Shown here one piece after another: positions 1-10,500 of a stretch of DNA of 64,000 nucleotides (positions are counted from its first letter, which is position 1; each line of letters begins with the position of its first letter). The notes beneath the pieces are model-generated. The model saw nothing but the letters and a program-made list of their open reading frames with translations. It had not been told where the DNA came from and made no database searches. Where the stretch lies: NCBI RefSeq assembly GCF_011386835.1, contig NC_088796.1:28582001-28646000 (forward strand), in the 5' to 3' direction. This stretch comes from Chrysemys picta bellii. Lineage: Eukaryota. The translations under genes were made by a program, and so were the position numbers.

Positions 1-339
1 AACAGATGAGGTCAAGATATGTAAGTATTTATTTTTAATTGCCTTTATTATAAATTTTAACACCACAACAAAATATTTTGGTCTATTTTGGCATAGGATT
101 CCTCCCTTCCTTCCCCTGGGGTTCTACGCAGTCATTACTGGGTTAATCGCTGCTGAGGTTCCACAGCTCCCCTGCTCTTAGGAGCCAGTGCCTCCTTGGA
201 TGCAAAACTGCCATGCCATGTTTAGCCTCAGTGCCCACTAAAATATGCCTCTGTTCCTGGATGAAGTCTGGAACTCAGCCCAGCCGAATGGCCAGATATA
301 GGAGCCATACTGCATGATGCATCAGAGTTGCATAAAATG

Positions 340-654
340 GTGAGAACTGGCAAGTCTCATGATGTTAGTTGGTTTTCTCAAAGCTTCAGCTCACGGAGTC
401 AGGTGATTATGTTAGAAACTCAGCTCTTTCTGTTTTGAAAGTAGGTTTCTAGCTCTCTTGGGTGCAAAGGAGAGCTTGAGGCTGTGAACCTTAGAGGCTA
501 AACATAAAACTACAAATGAACAAACAAAAACCCCAGAAGGCAAATAAAGAGAACTGCACATTTATTTAAAAAAAATACCTGACTGTTCAGCCAATCTCAT
601 GATTTTGGGGAGGCCTGATTCAGGATTTTGGAATGACTGCAACTGGAAGTGCTG
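340..654 (+). mobile_element. Degraded non-autonomous hAT-like element (same family as 23745-24030)
   Basis: Shared internal motifs with 23745-24030 (ctcatgatttt, cagaaggcaaa); no clean TSD. Confidence 0.5.
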
Positions 655-1270
655 TATACTGCTCATTTCATTGTTTAAGGTCTTCAACACTGGGGGCAGT
701 GTCTTTCTGTTTGACTGACCATCGTTAAAGGAAAAGTAAAGGTGCTGGGCCACCCAGAGTCCCCTTCCTGTCTGAGAACTCCAGTATAGAGCTCAGCCAG
801 TGAGAAGACAGGGGCACTGGGCGGGCAGGGACAGAGGAGACAGCCCTCTACCATCAACAAATCCCCTCAGGATTGGGGAGGGGAGAGTCCCAAAAACTAG
901 GGCAGAGAACCCAAACAGCATCACAGGAGTTAAGAGGCAGAATCCCTGTCCCCACCACTTATCTAAAGCTGTTGATAGTAGGAAAGACCCTCAGTCCCAA
1001 AGCACAAGGTAATTTTGAACAGATAATACGACAACTGCCATCCCTCTCTCCAGGAGCCACACAAGAATCTTACTGCAGCCTATGGGAGTAATTCTTGCAG
1101 CCCAACAGGGGTGCATGCATTGCATGCAAGGTGGAGAGAGAGACACAAAGGTAAAATTGGGCGTAGTAGGGTGTAGGAGGTAGAGGGCTCATTTACATGA
1201 GATCCTCATCAACCGATGAGCAAGTCTGTAAATCCCAGCCACAATGCTCTGGGGCTTTTTGCTGTTTTGA

Positions 1271-1276
1271 TTTATT
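1271..1276 (-). terminator. Candidate C6 polyadenylation signal AATAAA
   Basis: First AATAAA on the minus strand, about 100 nt after the stop, with a GT-rich stretch further downstream. Usage unverified. Confidence 0.4.
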
Positions 1277-1376
1277 TGGGTAGTCAGCCAATCTTTCCTC
1301 AGGAGAGGCTGTCCTATGTTGCATGGCCTGAAGCATAAGGCCAAGTATATTTTTGGCTGCATAAGGCCCGAATATG

Positions 1377-1558
1377 TTAATTCAAACAGTTCCCCTGATG
1401 CAGTACTGCTATTTTCATGCCGGCACATTTCATTGCTCCCAGTGCACAGAGACTGGCTGTCCTTTTTCTACTTGTAGATTCCATTTGGATGCAATAAAGC
1501 TGGCTCTCAACCTTTGGACATTGGTAGGGTACCAGGCAGAAACATTGTGACTGCGAAT
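1377..1558 (-). CDS. C6: C6 exon 18, coding part (FIM2): DSQSQCFCLVPYQCPKVESQLYCIQMESTSRKRTASLCALGAMKCAGMKIAVLHQGNCLN*
   Basis: gttcacag| acceptor; TAA at 1379-1377; 182 nt. Confidence 0.96.
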
Positions 1559-4500
1559 CTGTGAACAGACAAGTTTCAGTTTTAGTTGCAAATACCAGCA
1601 GGTGTGCGTGTATTTTAAAGTCTGGCAACATTTAAAAGAACTAGAAAGAGAAAATGAAATTGCAGATTGACAGATGACAATTCCAGACAGCTTTGGATAT
1701 TAGTGCAGTGGGAATAGACACAACAGAAGTTTTAAGCATGTATTTTCACAACATTGGTCCATTCAAGAGCAAGTAAAATGTCAACCTCGTTGATCCATTT
1801 GTTTGTCTGGCCAGTTTTTATCAGCCCCTGGATGTTTTGAACAAAGACATTATGTTGACTGTATGCTTCCAATTACTTTCAAATGCAGCAGTGCTGTGAA
1901 ATGGATGCTTAAAACTTCTGTTGTGTCTGCTCATATTTCATTAAACCTCCTTTTATGTATCCTAGGCTCTCCACTACTGGCATACAGGTGACTGTGATTT
2001 CATTACTCATTTTTAACAGGAACATCTTCTAATTTCTGACATTCTACCCCAGAAATTTTCCATCTAAGAAAATAGTTCTCCCTTTCCTCACTTAAAAATG
2101 TAAATTTCATTTATTCCCATTTTATTTGTTTCTATATATTATTTACATATCCTCTGTCTCTGCAGTGATTCCCAATGCTCACCCTCAAGAATACCAAAGC
2201 TGGCCTCCATCCTATATCTATTTTATGCTCATTGGAACATGTGTGGGTAACACTCACCATTATGAAGGTTAAGTTACAGTTACTATTCAAAAACTAGTGG
2301 AATGAGAGAGCTGCACTATCATGAATACAAAATACATTCTTAAGGATTTTAACCAAAATAATCTGTTTTAATGTCTCTACTGCATAGACAAGCCAAACTG
2401 GTTTGGAAATGTTTAAGTACAAAAGGTTTGAATATCTCTGGAAAGTGAGGGGTTTTTGTGCCTATCCACAGCCAACCTATTAACCCAAATCAGTTTGAGA
2501 TGTTCAGCCAAACCTATTCTGTATGTATTTATTGTGAAGAAATGATGGGCTGTCATGTTCTCATAGGACTTCTCCATAGTTTGCTTCTGTGGTCTTACTG
2601 AATGTTCTTCTTTTACAAACAAGCTGTCCCCTCTGCTCTTTATGCTATCCAGAAAGTGAGGTTTTCATCTTTACTCCATCTTCTTCATATTTCTTCCTTC
2701 TCTCTGCCCCTGCCCAGATCTCTTCTCCTTCCTTCATCTCCCTGTACCCACAACCTTGCTTGGCGATCTTCCTCACTATATAAATCACTTCTTGGCTGGC
2801 CCTGCATTTCTAAGGTTCAGCTTCTCTAGGGGTACATCTACACTGCAATCAGAGGTGTGATTGCAGCTTGTGCATATCCAAGCTTTGATCTAGCTAGTGT
2901 GGGAAGATGTGGTGGCATAGAGTGTGGTGTGGGCTAGGAATGCATGTAGAGGGGCCAGCGTTCTGGGCAGGCTTGTACAGCCCATGGTGCTGTGTCCTCA
3001 CAACTATTTTTAGAGACACTAGCTAGATTAAAGTATGTTACTCGAGTTGTACTCACACCTCCGACTACAAAGTAGATATACCCTAAGATACAATGGACCA
3101 GACCAGAGGCACCAACTTCCCCAATTCCCAGGGGGTGCTCGAACCCCGCTCTGCCCCACCCTCACTCCACCCCTTCTCCCAAGCCCCCACCCCCGCCCTG
3201 CTTCTTCCTGCCCCTGCTCAGCCTCTGCCCCACCTCTTCCTACCCCCGCTCGTCCTCCCTCCCCCACAGTGCCTCCCGGCCACCGCAATCAGCTGTTCAG
3301 CAGCGGGCAAGAGACGCTGGGAGGGAGAGGGAGCTGCTGATCGGTAGGGCCTGCCAGTGGGCGGGAGGGTTTGGGGGTTGGGGGGAGAGCTGATCCGTGG
3401 GGCTGCCAGTGGGTGCTGAGCACCCACTATTTTTTCCCCAGTGAGTGCTCAAGCCCTGGAGCACCCTCGGAGTCAGAGCCTATGGACCAGACTCCAATTT
3501 CTTTTATAAGACTGTAAATCCAAAGTAACTACATCGCAAATAATGAAAGTAATCTTAATTTGCATCAGTGGGATTGAGACCAGATTTTGGCTCAACAATT
3601 CTCGTTCCCCCTGATATTTCTGTTCCCTCACCCGACCCCAAACTCTCACCGACACACTGCCATTTTGTGGTCAGACTGGAAAGGGCAGCCTCAAATCTGC
3701 CACATGGGGAGACGAGTTCCCAGCTGATTTCGGAACAGTTGCATTCCTTCATCCAGAGACATGTGACTCTCCAGAGAAGACGTAAATATGTATGTGATTT
3801 TTAATTTTGAAAATCTGGAACTTTAGTAGCAGTGAGTAAAGGTTGAGGGTACTGGGAGATGAGGGAAGGGGAAGAGATCTGGGCGGGGGCAGAGAGAAGG
3901 AAGAAATATGAAGAAAATGGAGTAAAGAAAAAACCTCACATTCTGGATAGCATAAAGAGCAGAGGGGGCAGCTTGTTTAATCCAATTAAGCATTGCCTTG
4001 GATTTATTGAGCCCTTACAGTGGAAACAAACACTTTTTGTTTAAATTTGTTTCTCTTCCAACCTTCTCCCCCTTCTTTGCTCTCCTATTCTGTGCTGGGC
4101 CTCTAAGAGGTGCAGCACACAGTTTATAGGCCGGGGGTAAGGGGTACTATGGGAACTTTAAGACACCTATGTGCCCTTCTGTCCTTGGGCTACTCTGAGT
4201 GGAGAGGAGGAGTGAAGAGGTGCCTTTAATAACTTATACAGTCATGGGGGCCTGTCTAAATTGTAGCAGCCTCTCTGGGGCTGCCCTATGGGCTGCAGTG
4301 ATGCCTAGAACCCCTGCAGAACTGCGTGCTACAGCCTCACCCCTGACACACACAACATGGCCTATAGTACTTACCCTTGGCGGGGGTTTGCAAGAGGGTC
4401 CTCAGGAGGCAGCCTCCCAGCTGTTCTTCCCCTCCCCTAGCCAGTTATGGGGCTTTGGAGTCTCTTTTCTTTATAAAGCAACAGAGGGTCCTGTGGCACC

Positions 4501-7500
4501 TTTTATAAGACTAACAGAAGTTAGCCACAGGACCCTTTGTTGCTTTTTAAAGATTCAGACTAACACGGCTATCCTCTTTTCTTTATGCCACTCCAGCTCT
4601 TTGACCCTGGAGCACTCCGTCTCCGAAAGCAAGTGGAGGAATGAATGTGGCTGCCACCCATCCCTTTTCTGGCAAGGCTGCTCTGTGTGCTGTGTCAGCC
4701 AACAAACATTTCACAAATTTACTGGAAAATCACTACTGCTATCACCTCATTACTCAGTAAATAGCAGAGTTGTGCAATAATGTTTAGTATCAGAGGGGTA
4801 GCCATGTTAGTCTGGATCTGTAAAAAGCAACAGAGAGTCCTGTGGCACCTTTAAGACTAACAGATGTATTGGAGCATAAGCTTTCGTGGGTGAATACCCA
4901 CTTCGTCAGAGTATTCATCCACGAAAGCTTATGCTTCAATACATCTGTTAGTCTTTAAGGTGCCACAGGACTCTCTATTGCAATAATGTTTGTACACTAA
5001 TCCTCATAGGGATTTCACAACAAACTCTGACTCTGTTCGTTAAAGCTCTTAATAAACGCGGATTTCACGTAAGTTATTTTTAAATTATACCATTAAGAAG
5101 CCATTATGTAAAACAACAATACAGTCATGACTAAGAGAAACATTGCTGCCTAAACCTATGCTACTCAGTAGTACAGTGATTTAATGTAGCTATTCTGAAA
5201 GATTGTATAATATTGCTTATATGGCATGAAACACAACACTAGAGGTTATGTTATCATAAGAACAAACAGAGGATCATATTGGTGGCTTAATTTCCATTAA
5301 TAATGCTACAGGTCTGAATTGCCTTAAAAGGTCAAGTTCCTGTAGGTCATCTTGTACCCCTGTTTGGTGACCAATGGGAAATGAATTTGGTGATCTCAGT
5401 TTGAGGTTCGCACACACCCCCAATCAGCATAAATTACACTGAGCCAGATTCTGATTTTAGTTCCACAGAAGTAAATCTAGAGTAACTCTATTGATTACCA
5501 AATCTCAAAATTATGGAATAAGGCAAGCAAAGCCAAGAGAGTTACTCTGGATTACACCGGGACAATAGAACGGGGCCCACTGTCTTTATGATGTACTGAA
5601 CTATATCCATAAACATTACTTTTAATCACTGTTTTTAAATGCAAATACACAGTAGTTAAAAATGTTCTCATTGACAAGAACCAGGGGCAGGATTCTCTTT
5701 GCCCGGCAACTTGAGTAGCCATTCACAACAATGCAGAATGAGTGTAAAATAATCAGCATGGTTTTACTCCCACTTTGCACCGGCTTAAATGACCACACAA
5801 GTTGCAGTGAACAGAATTAAGCCCTAAATGTCTAGGTTATATGGCACCCTTCACTGTGTACCTGACCACCACTGGAAAGGAGTTAATTTGCTAACCTTTT
5901 ATTGCTGGAGACCCGGGCTCATACCTAGTTTAGGGATGCAGGAAAATAAAAGTGACCAAATTTAACTTTGGAGTAACCAGCTGGATCTCCTGTTGGTGTT
6001 ATGGGACTTACCTCATTGATCCTTCATGATGCTTGGATACAAGGTACTATGTAAATAATAAATACTTACAGTTTCCAAATCATTTGACCCATCTGTATGC
6101 AATATTCAGAGCCTTGTAGTCTTTAATCACACAGGAACAGATCCTGTTACTCTATCTGTTTCCTTTGTTGTGGCAGCACAAAGGGGATAGAAAACTGACT
6201 CAGCTTGGGAGTCCCTTTGGATTGGGGGCTCCCCAAATGGCATACAGCTGGTGTGGTCAGCTCTACACTCCCTTCAAGTGTGAGAAGTGCTGAGGAACAG
6301 ACCTGAGTCTGCTCTAATTCACTCCAGGGACAGAAAGCTACCTGTGCCTCTCTGCTCTTCTCAACTCGGAGTAGCTCAGATACACCTTAGAATGTGGACC
6401 AGAATGACTGTGACTCTCACTCTTAGGGCAGTGATGTGGATGTCAAATGTTCTATTCAGAGTTTAAGATCTCAATAAAGCACAGTCATACCTGAACACAT
6501 TTCCCAGTCGTAGCATGTGTCATATCCACAGAGCTCTTTCTTTGAGCTACTTGTCGAAAGCTTTGCCCTTTCAATGGCCCAGTTCAGGTTGGTGTCACCA
6601 TGACAGGGGCCAGAATGCAAGAAATGGAGTGGCTGCTCGTTAAGGCATTTTTCAGCTAAATACTGACAGCTGGGCTTTGTAGAGGGCCTTTCAGAAACTG
6701 CATGTAGTACGCAGACATCTTCAGAGTAGTGGCTGCCAAGACACAAAAACAAAAATGTTACAGGAGGCTGGAGAAAATGAAGGAGGCATACGTCAAACCC
6801 TAGACATTCCAGCAACATAGAATACATTGACTTTGCTACTGTGCAGTTAAGTCAGGGCCATCATTATAACCAACAGCTGCATGTCTATCTTAGGTACTTA
6901 TACAGCCCCCTATCCCACAGTATCCGAGCACATCACAGTCTTTGATGTAGTTACTCCCACAACACTCCTGTGAGGTAGGGAAGTGCTAGTCTCCCCATTT
7001 TACAGATGGAAAACTGAGGCACAGAAAGTCTTAGCCCAAGATCACACAAGACATCTGTGGCAAAGCAGGAATTGAACCCATGGTCTTCCATGGCCCTACC
7101 TAGTGCTCTAACACTGGTCAATCCTTCCTCTCCTAAGTGTCTCCATGCCAGTCCACCACACAGACATCCTTATTCTAGCTTGCAAATAATTAGATGCTAA
7201 AAATTCTTCAAGATAACAATTTGTTCCCTTGGTGCCTCAGGGGCCTGAACAGCTGATGTTGTATAAACAGACAGCATTTCTTTCTAAAACTAAATCAGCA
7301 CTGTTCTTGGCTTACTTTAAGCTTGGTGCTCTTCTATGCTTTTTGTGGTATGGTGATGTTCCAAAAATTAAAGTTTAGGTCTAGAGTTCAGGGGAAATCC
7401 ATTTTTTCCCCATTTCTTTTCTAAAGTGGCTTGCTCTCCACACCATCATTCCCTGATTTGTGATTCCTCTTTGGAGCTGGTAGAGGCTCCCTGTTCCTGT

Positions 7501-10500
7501 TTGTCCTCTCTTCCTACAGATGGCTTAACAAGCCCACAGTTATTTATATCTGGGATGGCAGCACAAGTGATTTCCTCCAAATGCAAACAAATGTGGCATC
7601 AGAGTAGTTTATAAAAGGGTCAGTAAGTAAAAAAACTCCTGTGACCAAACACATCTATCTAACAAAGTTCGAGGTGGTTGCTGTTTTTTTTAGCCAGTTA
7701 GAATAAGCCAAACTGGATATACTCAAATTAATCAGTCTGGCAGAAGTGAACCATCATCACCGGGCCAGATTCTCAGCTGCTGCAAATCAGTACATCTCCC
7801 CGGACCTCAGGAGAGCCATGTCAATTCACACCAAATATGTTTGGGAAAATCCAGAAGGAATACAGGTGTTGTATTCATATAATTGGCCTTAGGAAGATGG
7901 GGCAAACTGGTTTGGAAAAAAAACAAATCAATCACCAGAAGACCCTTCACTTATCCCTGCAAAAATTCACAGGAGTTCAGCAAGTCTGGCTGCTGACTTC
8001 AAATGTGGCACAACCCAAGACTTCCCTGAGTCTGAGGCCTTCATCAGGTGAGTGTGGGGCAGAATACACTGGAAGACCCAAACACAAGAGGCATAAAACC
8101 AAAGAGCTGACACAATGGCAACTATCAAAACCAGACCTGGTGAGACTCCACATGGGTAACACAGGCTGATAGGAAAGCTAGATGGCTGACCTCTTAGAAG
8201 TCAGTGGCTGGAAAGAAGTTAGGTGAGGGGGAGGGAAGAATGGAAGCCTGCGGGTCCAGATGGTGGGAGATGGCATTGTGGCATGCTGACCGCCGGATGC
8301 CATTGATGATCTGCAGGAAAACAGCTGCTAGCTCATGGATTTTATAAGCTATAAAAATGGCTGTATTTTGGACTCTGTCTTGTGGCTGTTTTGCTAAGGT
8401 CTGGAACAGGCTGCAAGAATGCCATGGCTATTCTCATTTTTAACTTTCCCTGTTTGTTCACAATGAATCACTCCACCGTAGAACGACTGTGGCTTTATAT
8501 CCAAATACGGTATATACCTTACCTACAATCCTGTGCTGGAGACATGCAAACGCATTGAGATCCAACCTGTTTTTGTCCTGGGCTGCAGTTACCTCTAGCT
8601 TTAGTTTGCTCATCTGAAAAAGAAAGATGGTATTGTCAAAGCTACTCCCTGAAATAACTGATAAAAAGATGAACAGAAACTAGAAAGGGTTTATTTTAAT
8701 TTAGCCTGACCACCCATAACAAGAGGTGATACATATTGTTCTTCGGTTAGCAGGGACACCCAAGTGTAATTCCAACATTTAAAAACAATCTTAAAAAACA
8801 ATGCAAGTGTGAATAGAAATCACGCCACACAAAGGACAGAATTTCAAAAAGTTGAAAGGTGAAGGGGATGGGACATGCGGGGGGGGAGGGGGGCTCTGTA
8901 TTCAGCACCTACACAGAAAACATAAAAGAGCTTTTCCACACCTAGTTGTAAAGCACAAAGTCAGTTCAGCCAAAAGAATCTTCCCCTGAGCTGAAATAGT
9001 ACCCAAATAGTGGTGCCATTTTCCCTTGCTGTTATCTATTGGCTTATTTTACAAGACTTACGGTTATTTTTGAATATATTTATTTACATTGTTCTCATCA
9101 CTGTGGTATTTTTGGAGAATTACAGAAATTAACATGCATGACCGTTGTGACTGGCACAAACCAAACTGCCTCTACCACTCTCACCACTGAACAGATAAAG
9201 AAAGCAAAAGTTGGAGTGAACAAGCACGTCTCACAAAAAATCCTCAGACTCAGACTCTGATGGACTGTAGGATAGAGCAAATTCTGAAATGAAAGGCTAT
9301 CCACTGAAAACGCCCTGCTGCCCATATGCCGGACTTCCCCTCTGGAGAGACACAGGGAAGGGCATTCCAGTGGAACCCAGCTGGCATAAAAAGAGATAGG
9401 CAGTCCCCAAGATGGCCATGCCTTCAGGTCTTTATAGAAGATAAAATCTTTGAGCTGTACCTAGAAGTTGTCTGGGAACCATTTTCAATTCAAAGAATGC
9501 AGGTGTCATGCATCTACTCTAGTCTGCACTTCCGAAGAGGTAGGCAGCAGATTTCTGCTGAGTTCAAGATACTGCCAAGTGGGTTCTTAAGTAGATTCCA
9601 AGGTAAAGAGCACATTACCATGGTCTGGCTTGGTAGTGCTGTGAGCTCGATGGATGGAAGTTGGTTAACCTTGGGGAAGGTCTTGAAAGCTTGTTTCATG
9701 GGATTTTTTCAAAATGTTCAGGCCATGTCTTGACAAAGGGATAGTTAACCGTGGTGAAGCTCGCAGACAGGAAAAGTTGAAATTTTGGGGCCAGCTCTGC
9801 TGTCTGAGAACTACAACTAGGTATGTGCAATGGTCTTCTCCTGTTTTTCTGAAAACTGTAGAGCAAGAAATGCGAGGAAGAAGCTGAAAAGTAAAGGGAA
9901 AGATCCAGTTCATTTAATCGCTTACTTTCAGAACCTTTGCTACAGCTTCTTTGAAGCCACAGGCAACAGCAACAGTAAGCGCAGATGTTCCTTTGGAATG
10001 GAAAGAAACCATTATTCATGGCAGGCTTCCAGTTAACCATATAACTTGCCATGTGACATCTTCCATAATTGCCATTTGGGGTGGCTCACTCTTAGACCAT
10101 TTTGCAAGAACAGGATGTGGGCCAGGGCTAGGCTTAACTTTCAAGGCTTTAACTTGATTGGAAACAAGTTTGGAAAAAAAACAAATGCATAACTACAAAA
10201 TGTAGAATAAGTAGCGAGGTGTAGAACTAGTGGAAAAGGATATTGGATTTAGAGTGGATCACACAGTGAATATGAGCCAACAAGGAAATTCAGTTGTTAA
10301 AAAGGTGAATATCATTCTGGGGTGTATTAACAGGAGCGTCATATGTAAGATATGGGAGGGAATTGTCCCACTCTACTTGGTGCTGGTGAGGCTTAGCTGG
10401 AGTATTGTGGCCAATTTTGGGTGCCACACTTCAGGAAAAATGTGAACAAACTGGAGAGAGTCCGTACGGGTACAACAGAAATGATAAAAAGTTTAGAAAA

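Larger units (their letters stand above)
2617..3978. repeat. Inverted repeat pair: arms 2617-2757 and 3839-3978
   Basis: Manual alignment of arm 2 to the reverse complement of arm 1: about 9 substitutions + 1 indel in 141 bp. Confidence 0.9.

Noticed and set aside
960-2050. Tiny plus-strand exon candidates (982-1008, 1966-1987)
   Set aside because: 22-27 nt with ordinary splice motifs; such hits occur about every 1-2 kb by chance.
4199-4780. 193-aa plus-strand ORF
   Set aside because: GTG start, runs through a Penelope remnant, no recognisable domain or splice context.
8482-8509. 28-nt plus-strand micro-exon that would create a stop-free join of neighbouring candidates
   Set aside because: Weak donor (GTATAT); including it amounts to overfitting the frame.
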